From positions 1 through 58,133 of the IMG/VR virus record IMGVR_UViG_3300050161_000124: a stretch of DNA of 58,133 nucleotides. One strand, given 5' to 3'. The notes under the pieces were generated by a model, which worked only from the letters and a program-made list of their open reading frames with translations, did no database searches and was not told where the DNA came from. Each line of letters begins with the position of its first letter. The first letter of the stretch is position 1. The stretch comes from a virus. Taxonomy: Duplodnaviria > Caudoviricetes. This document shows positions 37,831-47,567 of the stretch, one piece after another. The position numbers and the translations under genes are program-made.

Positions 37831-38307
37831 TTACTTCTTAGCTCTAATAATGGCTCTATCTACGAACCAAAAAGAGATCATAGAAGAGACTATACTGTAG
37901 TCAAATTCGGTAAGTACAAGAGGAGCTAGCGCAGAGAGGGCGGTGTTGGGTGTATACGCTGCATAGAGTAGGAAACCTTTGGATACAGTGTATAAAACTA
38001 GGCACCACCAGTAAGTGAGTACAGGTCGTACGCTAGAACTTAAAGCATCCACCCACTTTATCCCTGAAGATTTATTCTGTCCCTCTAAAGCAGAAGAAAG
38101 AGCTTGGAGATCAGCTTGGTTAATTTGAGCTTCATTATTAGCGTGGATGATATCTAGCTGTAATGCGGCTCTTGCTTTGTCTGCGTCCAACTGAAGTTGA
38201 GTCATTTTCAGTTCGTGTTCAGCTTCAGACTTGGCCTTGAAAAGGTTTAGTACCTCAGGTAAAAGGCGGAAGATGCCACCTCCAAGAAGAGAGAGAAGTT
38301 CAATCAT
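37831..38307 (-). CDS. putative holin-like membrane protein
   Basis: Hydrophobic segments, VRPVLTY and FWFVDR motifs; adjacent to the lysozyme. Confidence 0.6.
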   Translation of the reverse strand: MIELLSLLGGGIFRLLPEVLNLFKAKSEAEHELKMTQLQLDADKARAALQLDIIHANNEAQINQADLQALSSALEGQNKSSGIKWVDALSSSVRPVLTYWWCLVLYTVSKGFLLYAAYTPNTALSALAPLVLTEFDYSIVSSMISFWFVDRAIIRAKK

Positions 38308-38316
38308 AAACTTAGT

Positions 38317-38757
38317 TTAGATTACTAAGTAGCTTACGTTAGGGCTAATATGCCAAGGAGAGTCTTTAAATCTTGCAGACCCTCCTTTAACTAAACAAGT
38401 CTCTACCAGCTCAGCGCAATGCCAAGCGCTAGGCTCTTGCCAAGATTGCCTAAAAAGAATACCTAAGATTGCTAAGTAATCATACCCTTTTCCTAACTGA
38501 GAATACGCAAATTGAATTGCCAGGTCTGGATCAGGGCAGGACACAGCAGTAATCTCAGTATTCTCTTTACCAAACCTGTCTTGAAACTTATAGAGAGGGG
38601 TTTCTACTACACCCTTGAAAGGTACTGCTTCTATGACCGTACCCTTGTTTGTAAGAACCCCGCAGTGAGACCATTTACCGAAAGCCTCCCAGTTTTTAAC
38701 CAGGAGACCGTCGATAGAGTTAATGTCTTTGGCGTATATTAGATTTAGGACGGACAT
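38317..38757 (-). CDS. permuted papain-like NlpC/P60 amidase (YiiX/YebB-like)
   Basis: WSHCGV...VIEA...QLGKGYD...WHCAELV; start reassigned to ATG 38757. Confidence 0.8.
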   Translation of the reverse strand: MSVLNLIYAKDINSIDGLLVKNWEAFGKWSHCGVLTNKGTVIEAVPFKGVVETPLYKFQDRFGKENTEITAVSCPDPDLAIQFAYSQLGKGYDYLAILGILFRQSWQEPSAWHCAELVETCLVKGGSARFKDSPWHISPNVSYLVI

Positions 38758-38791
38758 AAAAGTAATGTAAAGACTAGTTGATAAATTAAAT

Positions 38792-40978
38792 TTAGAATCC
38801 GATAACCTTACCGACAACGGTTTTAGTTACAGAACTGCCGCCACCCCAATTACCAGAAGCCTTAGTGTATTCTCCATAATACCCGCTACTGTCAGGTTGG
38901 TAGATGAACGCTTCGAGAGGCATGGTAGCGTACATGACATTCCTACGAATTTGAGTTGCAGTTACGCCAATAACACCGGACGCTATACCTGCAATAATCA
39001 AGCCGCTCCAAGTGTCAACAACCCCAACTCTACCTCCACGAATAACATTAGCGGCAATAATTGATCCTGGACCACCAACCCCAATACCTCCTAAGCCGTT
39101 CATATCGCAAAAATTGCGCTCCAGACGGTTGAACGCGCCCTTATTGACAGCTAGTCCCGCCCCGGCATTGTTAAGAGATTTATTCCCTATCATGTAGCTG
39201 TTAGAAGTCCAGTCGTCAAACTGTAGCCCCGCTCCCTCTATATAAGGGCCGGCGCGTCTAATAACCATTCCGCTACTCTGGTTGAACCCGAATAGCACAC
39301 CCCTAGGCGGTTGTCCTGAGGTAGAGAGTACATCATTCGTAGCCATCGCAGCCCCTGTATCAGTATAAAGACGTTGCGTAGCGTTGTCGAACCCGAACTC
39401 ACCAATCGCGGGCGTAGTTGGGGTCGCAGTGTTTTTAGACAGGTACGTCAGGCAGCCGTCTCGGCTGTATGAGGTAATACAGACGAAATCAATGTCACCC
39501 ACGGACCGGCCGATCAATGTCGCCCAATCTACGTAGTACCGCGTGCCACTGACCAGCACCCATGGAATGTTCTGTCCCGCATAAGCATTGTCACAGACAG
39601 ATGTAAAACCGTGGGAATCAATGTCTTTACCGCAATCGCGCACGACATTGTCAACCACATCGACGCCGCCCCACTCCCCGTTAGCTTGCAGTGAGCCGAA
39701 GGCGCCGAGAATCTGAATACCATGGGCGCCTCCATTAAATACTTCACAGCCCTCTACGCGTACATACCCGGCACGCACAGCGCTGGAATTAGAGCTACTG
39801 GTGGTCGGCTTATGCATAGTGATACCGCCCGGCCACTGAGGGCTACCAGCAGAGAAGCCGATACGAGGAGCGCGGACACGCACATTCGAAACAAGCACGT
39901 TCTTAAACGAAGAGGTGTTTGATGATGCTGTAAAGCGTACACCATGGTTGACTAAAGATGCACTATCCATACCAGAGCAATCAATGTCCATATCGGCAAG
40001 CGTTGCTCCGTCAGGGTCCATCCAACACAATGCTGAACTGAGAGCAGTTGCACCAGGCTGCATACGAAGAATAGGGCGGGGCTTGGTAGGGTCACCATAA
40101 CTACCGAGACTCATACTACCGCTGAAATAGCTGCCTGACTGCCCTAGGATATTACTAACTGTGAAGTCGGCTCCACGAGCCACCATCACGAACATGTTCG
40201 GGTTCCAACTAGTGATTCCGTTAGTCCAAGTTGCCGGGTTAAGACTTCTCTTAGCCGTTTCCGGAGCATACCCAGTATTAGAATCAAGGCCATTCACCGG
40301 GTCAACATAAACGTGAGTACTATTACGGCTATTAGCGAACGTCATACCGCCCAAGTTGCGGGCCGTGGATGGCATATTAGATTGAGTAGTGATGTAATTA
40401 CCCATGAGGGTGATTACTGAAGCCGGAGCACCGACGTTTACAGCTTCGACCAGTGGGTAGTTTACCGAACCCAATGCCAGAACTTGAGCGGCGGCTACTT
40501 GGGCAGCGCTTAGTCCGTTAAATACCGTGCTGACCCCTACGCCCCAAGCCCCAGTGGATTTAGTGTAGTACAGTTGAGCTGAGAAATCGACGGAGATATC
40601 CCCATTGGCGCCTGTACCGCTAGAGGGTTGACCTAGAGCGGATAGTGCGACATTAGAGTCGGCGGTTAAAGTTATAGTCTTTCCTAGTCCTAGGTTAACA
40701 ACCTTGGCGTGACTAGCTGCAGCGTTAACTGCATCAGTTCCTCCTGTAGCTAGAGTCCAGATTCTAGAGCCGGCTTCCCCGATAATCTCTAGGCGTTCGC
40801 CGTTTTGATAAAGACCTACGGAGTTAGTAGAGATCCTTACCCTCTCAGCGGCCACTGCCGCATCGAATTCTGCCCTGGTTAAATGCTTAGTAACTCCTGA
40901 GATTTGAGCCAGAGACGAACGATTAATGAGGGGTAAGCCGTCGTCGTTTTTAGCTAGCGAAGAAGCGATGGTTGTCAT
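38792..40978 (-). CDS. tailspike/depolymerase with right-handed beta-helix
   Basis: YVDPVNGLDSNTG..P motif and parallel beta-helix-like repeats; N-terminal anchor shared with 29757..30443. Confidence 0.75.
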   Translation of the reverse strand: MTTIASSLAKNDDGLPLINRSSLAQISGVTKHLTRAEFDAAVAAERVRISTNSVGLYQNGERLEIIGEAGSRIWTLATGGTDAVNAAASHAKVVNLGLGKTITLTADSNVALSALGQPSSGTGANGDISVDFSAQLYYTKSTGAWGVGVSTVFNGLSAAQVAAAQVLALGSVNYPLVEAVNVGAPASVITLMGNYITTQSNMPSTARNLGGMTFANSRNSTHVYVDPVNGLDSNTGYAPETAKRSLNPATWTNGITSWNPNMFVMVARGADFTVSNILGQSGSYFSGSMSLGSYGDPTKPRPILRMQPGATALSSALCWMDPDGATLADMDIDCSGMDSASLVNHGVRFTASSNTSSFKNVLVSNVRVRAPRIGFSAGSPQWPGGITMHKPTTSSSNSSAVRAGYVRVEGCEVFNGGAHGIQILGAFGSLQANGEWGGVDVVDNVVRDCGKDIDSHGFTSVCDNAYAGQNIPWVLVSGTRYYVDWATLIGRSVGDIDFVCITSYSRDGCLTYLSKNTATPTTPAIGEFGFDNATQRLYTDTGAAMATNDVLSTSGQPPRGVLFGFNQSSGMVIRRAGPYIEGAGLQFDDWTSNSYMIGNKSLNNAGAGLAVNKGAFNRLERNFCDMNGLGGIGVGGPGSIIAANVIRGGRVGVVDTWSGLIIAGIASGVIGVTATQIRRNVMYATMPLEAFIYQPDSSGYYGEYTKASGNWGGGSSVTKTVVGKVIGF

Positions 40979-41105
40979 GGTTTACGTTAAGGGTTAACTT
41001 GTATTTTAGATTGGCAAGCAAGGATTAGTAGTTACATTAAGTTGTAATTATCCTGGTAAATTTTTACTTCAATAACATTCTCGCTAGAGATAATCCCTTT
41101 AGAGA

Positions 41106-41522
41106 TTAACCTAAGATGATAAGTTGGCCGGTCAGAGAAATGGGCAGTAGGATAGATCCAGACGGTGATACGGTAGCGGCCTGTAGAGTCACTGTTGTAG
41201 CCAAGACTGGAGTGCTAACATTACCTGCTGCATCTCTCGCTCGTACCTTCACAGCATCTGTCGCAGCAGGCGTGCGGCCGGTAATAGCCGCTGATAAGAC
41301 ATTCCCCAGCGTAAACCAAGTACTACCACCGTTCAGACTATAATCATAACCTACTACAGCTATATTATCTGAACCAACAGGCCAAGTCAATGTGTAGCTA
41401 GTCGCCGTGATCGCGCTGGCTGTCAGCGTACCTACGAGGGTAGGTGCATTAGTATCGGAGACCTGTGTTGCAAGATTAAGCGTCTCCAAAGGCGCAGCTG
41501 CTAGCGGAGTTAGTGCAAGCAC
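41106..41522 (-). CDS. fibronectin type III domain virion protein (cassette B)
   Basis: Paralog of 31729..32142; start codon uncertain. Confidence 0.65.
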   Translation of the reverse strand: MLALTPLAAAPLETLNLATQVSDTNAPTLVGTLTASAITATSYTLTWPVGSDNIAVVGYDYSLNGGSTWFTLGNVLSAAITGRTPAATDAVKVRARDAAGNVSTPVLATTVTLQAATVSPSGSILLPISLTGQLIILG

Positions 41523-41524
41523 TG

Positions 41525-41749
41525 TTAGACCCCCTTAATATTTAGTATAGTCGGCGCCGTACCCCAATTAGACGCGAACGGGCTACCGGCAAAATTAACG
41601 TTTGTCAATGCATCCATTCTGCTGGCCAACCAGGAGTCTGGTACTGATTTAATTAAGTAAGCATCTTTCGCGCCAGTAGAATTAGTCCAAGTATTGACGC
41701 CGGTATTAGTATCGATCGTTTGCGAGCCAAGAACCAGACTGAAATCCAC
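41525..41749 (-). pseudogene. possible remnant fragment
   Basis: 74-aa ORF with a non-ATG start at the position held by the 749-aa esterase gene in cassette A. Confidence 0.35.
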
Positions 41750-41795
41750 ACCGTCTTGCCTACGCTAATTAATTATTTGTAAAAGTGACGGGTTG

Positions 41796-42314
41796 CTAGT
41801 TAAGCAAAGCAAGTTGCCCAGAAAGAGATATACCACTTCGAATATCCCCTCCTGCAATAAGAAGCAGTCGCCCAGTAAAATCAACAGTCAGCATAGCTTG
41901 TTGTGCAGTAGCAGGTTGAGATACACCCCCGAGACTGCCTGCGGCAACTACGTCCCCGAAAACTATCGGACTTCCCAGGCTCGGCCCTACGATTGCAGTT
42001 GCGGTTGCAATGCCCTTGTCTACGCCATCCGCAAAGACACGAAACGTAAAACTATATATTCCATTCGGAGCGCCTGTAAGGATAAAACTGCCGTCCTCAT
42101 ACGTAAATAAGCTACCTACACTAGGAGGTGTGACGAGTAATCCTCTGACTTCAACTGCAGCGTCTGTCGGTAAGTTTAAACTCGGCCATAAGCAGCTGGG
42201 CCCATTTTCGCCGAGCGAGGGTATATAGTCTCCTCGAACGCCCAGACCCGTATCCCCGATAATTACAGAACCGGCAATCAAGTCGCTAGTGTCGATGCGC
42301 AGACTCATGCTCAC
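41796..42314 (-). CDS. virion protein (cassette B), paralog of 34476..34997
   Basis: High sequence similarity to the cassette A copy. Confidence 0.7.
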   Translation of the reverse strand: MSMSLRIDTSDLIAGSVIIGDTGLGVRGDYIPSLGENGPSCLWPSLNLPTDAAVEVRGLLVTPPSVGSLFTYEDGSFILTGAPNGIYSFTFRVFADGVDKGIATATAIVGPSLGSPIVFGDVVAAGSLGGVSQPATAQQAMLTVDFTGRLLLIAGGDIRSGISLSGQLALLN

Positions 42315-43630
42315 GCGGCTACTCCTACCGGCAGGCGTCTACCTAGGCTGGCTACGCTTAAATCAACTTCATAGGCGTAGCTAATACCAGGCGTTAAAGC
42401 GGCATCCGCCATGATTACTACTCCACTACTATTACTTGTCAGGCCCGTCTGTCGCGTGACGTACGCGCCATTAGAGGCACCATATACATTCACTATAACC
42501 CCAGTAACGTTTGCTAGTAACGTGCCAAAGTTGTTACGTAGAGGCTGCGAAGTAAGTACGCCAGGAGCCAGTCCAAGTACGCCAGCAGGAGAAGTAGCGT
42601 CTAGCGTGACGTTACCCGTCAAGCCGGATGACGAGGAAGAGATGGTTCCGGCAGGTAAAGTATCATCGGATACTACCGTGCCGGAAAGTATGCTGGCAGG
42701 AGTAGAGTACTCCCAGGCACCGATATCAGGGTTAGTACCTTGAGGTCTAGAGACCCCGGAGGCATCTAGGGAGATAGTTGCATCAGTAGTACCCGCGTCA
42801 ATCAAAGCTGAACCTACTGGGAGTCGCATATCCAACGTGGTACTAACTAGGTTAGTAACAGTAGCTGTTGTATAAGGAACTGTAGTGAATCCCGTAGGAG
42901 GTGACGACGCGCTGGTAGCGCACGACGTTGCCGTAGCACCGCCCATATTAACGTAAGTAGCAGTCGCGCCCAGTACTACCGTGTTTTTGAATATTAAGCC
43001 TGATTGATTATTGGCGTTAATACCGTAAGGAGAAACGGTTTTATCAGAAGGTCGAACTATCGTAGAGCTATGAATTTCGCACCCAGCATCCACTGTTACC
43101 AATACATTACCTGCACGCGAAATGAACAAGCAATTAGAAGCCTTAGCGCGATACAGTGACGCTGCAACGGTATTATATGATTCAGTGATTACTGAATCTA
43201 TTTGAATAGTAGTAGAAGAGTTAAGGACTTCAAGGGCTGGGGATGTTGCGCCGAGGTCGGTGTTTCTAATCTGAAACTTACCGATCCTAGCATTAGCTTC
43301 GTTAACCTGTACTGCTGCCTGGCCTGCCGTTGATGTAGAGGTTATCGATGCGCCGGCAGTTACGTTGAAGGCGAATGGGGAGGTTCTAACTCCAGATTGA
43401 TCTCTCCAAGAAGCCCCAGGGGCAGTTATCAGCTCCTTATAGCACGTTGCACTTGACACGGAACCGGAAATTACCAGCTGTACTCCACTGCCAGAAAACG
43501 CCTGGTTCAATAATTGACCTTGCCAGATCTGATCGACGGCAGTAAGGTCCGCAGGCGCAGCGTTATTCCAGGCCTGGGGAGTTGCATAGTCACCACCAGT
43601 ACCTATAGTTTTTACAATTGTTGTTGTCAT
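42311..43630 (-). CDS. beta-helix (pectin-lyase-like) virion protein (cassette B)
   Basis: GTGGDYAT N-terminus, GSALIDAG...RPQG..PDIGAWEY motif; C-terminal domain shared with 34994..36025. Confidence 0.7.
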   Translation of the reverse strand: MTTTIVKTIGTGGDYATPQAWNNAAPADLTAVDQIWQGQLLNQAFSGSGVQLVISGSVSSATCYKELITAPGASWRDQSGVRTSPFAFNVTAGASITSTSTAGQAAVQVNEANARIGKFQIRNTDLGATSPALEVLNSSTTIQIDSVITESYNTVAASLYRAKASNCLFISRAGNVLVTVDAGCEIHSSTIVRPSDKTVSPYGINANNQSGLIFKNTVVLGATATYVNMGGATATSCATSASSPPTGFTTVPYTTATVTNLVSTTLDMRLPVGSALIDAGTTDATISLDASGVSRPQGTNPDIGAWEYSTPASILSGTVVSDDTLPAGTISSSSSGLTGNVTLDATSPAGVLGLAPGVLTSQPLRNNFGTLLANVTGVIVNVYGASNGAYVTRQTGLTSNSSGVVIMADAALTPGISYAYEVDLSVASLGRRLPVGVAA

Positions 43631-44862
43631 TATGCAACTCTCATGAAATAAACGCCTTGAATACCGTCTGCGAGCAGAGCCACCCCCTTGAATTGAGGAA
43701 TGTAGCGAAACTTGTTCTGTACCCCATTAACACCAGTAGGTGGGGTGACGCTACCGCCGCCGAAAGTTAAATAGTTAATATCCCACACCGTGCTCGCATT
43801 AGGAGTAACGACGAACACTTTGTCGGGATGAAAAGTACCGTCATAAAAAAGATATCGATCGTTGGCAATGTCATACTCTAGGGCCGGATAAGGCGTACGC
43901 AACGTGAGTAAATCTGTGTAAGCTGTAGAGTTGTTAAATGTTATATCTGTTTTAACACTTCCATTACTCGTAATACGCCAAGAATTGAGCGTACCGTTGG
44001 CAGGGCTACGAAGAGAAAATAGGTGATTACGTACCGGATCATGCATGATAGGAGCGAAATTATCAGTGCCGGTAATCGAGGCGGACATAGTTACTGTCAC
44101 AGCTCCAGTGACCGGGTCTCGTCTATTAATGCCGCCAGGTTGTGTAAAGCCCCAGGCTACTCCAGTTGCACGCTCAACGCAAGCTGCAATCTGCATGCCC
44201 GGCCAAGTACCTGCTGCGTCCCAAGTATTACTACCTAAGTCAAAACCATCAACAGTATCCGGGTGCGTCCCTGCTCCGTGAGGTCCGCTGCACCCTAACA
44301 ACATAAGGCGATTGGCCTGAGGGATGTGGTGTGTTGTCCAATATGTGTGCCGGCTTGCGGGCTTACCGTCACTGTTGTAACCGACGTCGTCGACGCATTG
44401 GCCTACTGGAGTAGCGGCATTACGTTGTACCCACGTCGGGTTATCTGCGCTCAATACGATACTCTGCACGCTATTGTCTATACTGCCCCCGTGACCGCCG
44501 GCTGCAGCCACGATCAACTCGCTATTAGACTCAACAACACCCATGCCTGAAAAATCATGGTTACGAATATTAACCGGGTCATACTGTGAGCCTGAAGGTT
44601 GGCTGCCTGGAATCAAGAACCACGTATTGAGAGCCTTGCCAACAAGCCATGCAGGTGTATATACTCCAATCAGACCACCAGTCGGTGCTACACTATCGTG
44701 GGTAAGATTTCCAGAAAGAGCAATGTTATTAATACTAAAAACACCGGCAGGCTGAGCTGCATCTAGAAAGGAAAAGCCAGTTAGTCCGCCCCCCCGGAAA
44801 CGCCCACCCACCACTGGAGAACCGTTCGGAGCCCCGAAACTCACATTGGTGGGTGTGACCAT
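43630..44862 (-). CDS. beta-propeller-like virion protein (cassette B)
   Basis: Paralog of 36036..37184. Confidence 0.7.
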   Translation of the reverse strand: MVTPTNVSFGAPNGSPVVGGRFRGGGLTGFSFLDAAQPAGVFSINNIALSGNLTHDSVAPTGGLIGVYTPAWLVGKALNTWFLIPGSQPSGSQYDPVNIRNHDFSGMGVVESNSELIVAAAGGHGGSIDNSVQSIVLSADNPTWVQRNAATPVGQCVDDVGYNSDGKPASRHTYWTTHHIPQANRLMLLGCSGPHGAGTHPDTVDGFDLGSNTWDAAGTWPGMQIAACVERATGVAWGFTQPGGINRRDPVTGAVTVTMSASITGTDNFAPIMHDPVRNHLFSLRSPANGTLNSWRITSNGSVKTDITFNNSTAYTDLLTLRTPYPALEYDIANDRYLFYDGTFHPDKVFVVTPNASTVWDINYLTFGGGSVTPPTGVNGVQNKFRYIPQFKGVALLADGIQGVYFMRVA

Positions 44863-45278
44863 TACGGGTTGCCGGCAGTCAGTGTCAGACCAGTCACGGT
44901 TACATTCTGGTTGGTGGCGATGGAACCCGAGAACTGTACGTTACCGGCGCCAGCGCCGACGTCGATGTCAGCTACAACGGTTCCGCCAGACGTGCTTAGT
45001 CGCACGAAAGTGGGCGTACCAGCGACGTGTAACGTATTATTTTGTGTCACGCCGCCAAATGTTAAAGTACCAGATGCAACGCTGCCGGCAGTGCCGCCGT
45101 TGGCATCTGTGACAGCGGTAGTCCCGAAAGTGAGGGTGGCCAGTAGGGTACCTGCCGGAGCGCCCAGTGCTGCCGGCTTAGTGCCATTATAAAGCTTAGC
45201 AGTAGCGCTCGCCCCTAATTGAGTTACTAGAGATTGCAGCTCCGCATTACGGGCGGCAGTAGAGAGAGTCATAGTCAT
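44862..45278 (-). CDS. small virion structural protein
   Basis: 138 aa Thr/Gly/Ala-rich; LYNGTKPA...GTLLATL..AGTPTFVR pattern common in phage structural proteins. Confidence 0.7.
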   Translation of the reverse strand: MTMTLSTAARNAELQSLVTQLGASATAKLYNGTKPAALGAPAGTLLATLTFGTTAVTDANGGTAGSVASGTLTFGGVTQNNTLHVAGTPTFVRLSTSGGTVVADIDVGAGAGNVQFSGSIATNQNVTVTGLTLTAGNP

Positions 45279-45325
45279 GATAGTTTACTTTCAAGGGTTA
45301 GTAAGTTATTTGTCTGAGTAAGAGA

Positions 45326-46882
45326 TTAGCTCAAAGTGTAAGTGCTAAAGGTAGTAGCCTTACCATCGCTGCGATACATTCTCCAAACATTGCTGTTAGA
45401 GTCTGTATATACTTGGTACTCAGCGATAGGATCGGTGTCGGTACCTCCAAACAGGCCGGTAGACAACGCACCGCTGAAGCCACCGAAGCCCGTGCCGTCA
45501 AAGACGTGGGGTCCAGTACCTGATACCGCTGACTGCAGAATAGCCAGCCAAGTATAATTCGTAGTACTGGATGTGGTATTGAACGTACCTGATCTACCGG
45601 CAGAAGCGCTACCAGTCAGGTTAGTCATGGACGGGAACATAGTGTCAAAGATCGAAGCCGTACCTGCAGCGTTGGCAGGGGCGTATCCAAATCTCGGGTT
45701 CGTAGCAACACCAGCAGCATTAACAGTCAGCACTGCTCCGTTAGAGGTCACGCTACCGGCGCCGTTAGTTACCACGCAACGATATGAATCAGTGTTGTTC
45801 GCAGATCCGCCCGTAACCGTAGTTACCGGCGTAGTGAAACTAGCTGAGGTCGCACCTGAGATATTAACCGTATTACGCTGCCACTGATACGTCATGCCAG
45901 TTCCCGAAGCCACTACCGTGAAGGTAGCCGTAGCCCCCGCAGTGACCGTAGCGGCCGACGGTTGAGTAGTAATCGTGGGAGCTGATAGGGTAGCCGTAGA
46001 GACTAGCGAGAACGAGTTTAGAGAAACAACCGTTGACGTGGAGTCAGTAACTGAAGCAACCAGGCCTGAGTACGTCCCAGCGGCCGGAACCGTACCGGTG
46101 ACTACACCTGAAGCTGAGTTAATAACCAAGCCAGCAGCCAGAGCAGAAGAGTTCAAGCTGAAAACGTACGGAGTAGATCCGCCTGAAGCACTGACCGTAA
46201 ACCCAGTATATGAGCTGCCAGCAGTTCCAGCGGTAACTGGGGTACCGAAAATGGCCAACGGGGTAAGGGCGGGTATACTTACGCCAGGAGAAGCGCAGCT
46301 AACTCCAGAGAGTTGGATGGTTAAGGTAGTACCCCTATCAGCGGTAACCACTGTGTATGACACTGAGCTAGTGACGGCACCACCTGAGGCACCTGAGATA
46401 GCTGAGCCGTTACGCAGCCACTGATAACCAGCGGCAGTAATACCTGAGGCCAACGTGGCAACAAGAGAACCGCCCACTATAGCCGTACCGGTAATAGAAA
46501 CAGGGGTCCCTGAGACTGGCTTTAGGGAGTTGCCATCTGAAGTATGGTAGGTGTACGGAGGCACTCCGAGAGCGTATAGAACACCCGGCTTACCAACCGT
46601 AGCGGCCAGTTGAGTTGTACTCTTAACTTGCTGAACCGTAACTTGGGTAGTTACGTACGTAGGGTTTTCATCATCAACAGATACCTGCCAGGTCCGGGCG
46701 GTATCAATATATACTGAGAGATTACCGCTGGAGTCCAGTCTTGCAAAACCTCGGTCGTTAAGAAAGCCGCCTGTAGCTGAACTTAGGATCGTAGCAGCAG
46801 CGCCGGTGACAGCGTCTGTAATCTGAACCTTGAAGTTGGCGTTATCTGCGCCTAGGGATTGTGTAAAAAGTGCGTATGCCAT
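45326..46882 (-). CDS. Ig-domain-containing virion protein
   Basis: Two YQW.RNG/T Ig motifs (PTITTQP...YRCVVTN) and a GGSTPY putative Ig domain. Confidence 0.8.
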   Translation of the reverse strand: MAYALFTQSLGADNANFKVQITDAVTGAAATILSSATGGFLNDRGFARLDSSGNLSVYIDTARTWQVSVDDENPTYVTTQVTVQQVKSTTQLAATVGKPGVLYALGVPPYTYHTSDGNSLKPVSGTPVSITGTAIVGGSLVATLASGITAAGYQWLRNGSAISGASGGAVTSSVSYTVVTADRGTTLTIQLSGVSCASPGVSIPALTPLAIFGTPVTAGTAGSSYTGFTVSASGGSTPYVFSLNSSALAAGLVINSASGVVTGTVPAAGTYSGLVASVTDSTSTVVSLNSFSLVSTATLSAPTITTQPSAATVTAGATATFTVVASGTGMTYQWQRNTVNISGATSASFTTPVTTVTGGSANNTDSYRCVVTNGAGSVTSNGAVLTVNAAGVATNPRFGYAPANAAGTASIFDTMFPSMTNLTGSASAGRSGTFNTTSSTTNYTWLAILQSAVSGTGPHVFDGTGFGGFSGALSTGLFGGTDTDPIAEYQVYTDSNSNVWRMYRSDGKATTFSTYTLS

Positions 46883-46895
46883 ATTTGTTGGACTC

Positions 46896-47561
46896 TTAAT
46901 TTAAGGAAATAGGCAGCATTCTATCAAACTCAATGCCGACTGATTCAACGATTACTGGGCTGGCCGAAGCAATCTGAAAAGCGTAGCTAGAAAGCATACA
47001 GTATTCTAGATAAACCGCAGTCAAAACCTTACCTTCACCTGAAGTACCGCCTCCACGGGTCTTGAATAGCATCATCAGACCGAAAGGTACCGCAAAGTAC
47101 TCGGAGTCAATGTTCATCATAATATCCTTGTTCGGGCTAGCTGAACCAGGTTCTGATGTAGGGCTAGTCTTAGGCTTGTACGAGTTCTGAGTCAGAGCTG
47201 CTAGCAGGTTCTTTTGATCACACAACATGCGACCTAAGCTCATAGCCGAAGCGGTCTTACCGCGAGTGAAGAACGATCGGTTAGAGCCGATCTCGAATAA
47301 TCGGGCTAGAGCTGGGTTGGACTGTATAGAGATCTGATCTGCCAATCCAATTGGGATAAGAGCGGAAGCATCGTTTGATAGGCCTGTAAATCTAGCAGGC
47401 CCAGCGTACAGAACAGTAGTGTCGGGGGAAGCAGAGAATTGAGAGAATCTCTCCAACCCATCTTCCGCAAGGCTTGATACATATGAAGATTTCCAATCCC
47501 AGGAGGTGTTAAGACCCTGCTTTTCCGTTGATGATAGTTTGTCGTTAGTTACGTCAGCCAT
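46896..47561 (-). CDS. tail tube protein
   Basis: Follows the sheath; LFEIGS and YLEYC tube-like motifs. Confidence 0.7.
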   Translation of the reverse strand: MADVTNDKLSSTEKQGLNTSWDWKSSYVSSLAEDGLERFSQFSASPDTTVLYAGPARFTGLSNDASALIPIGLADQISIQSNPALARLFEIGSNRSFFTRGKTASAMSLGRMLCDQKNLLAALTQNSYKPKTSPTSEPGSASPNKDIMMNIDSEYFAVPFGLMMLFKTRGGGTSGEGKVLTAVYLEYCMLSSYAFQIASASPVIVESVGIEFDRMLPISLN

Positions 47562-47567
47562 TTTATA

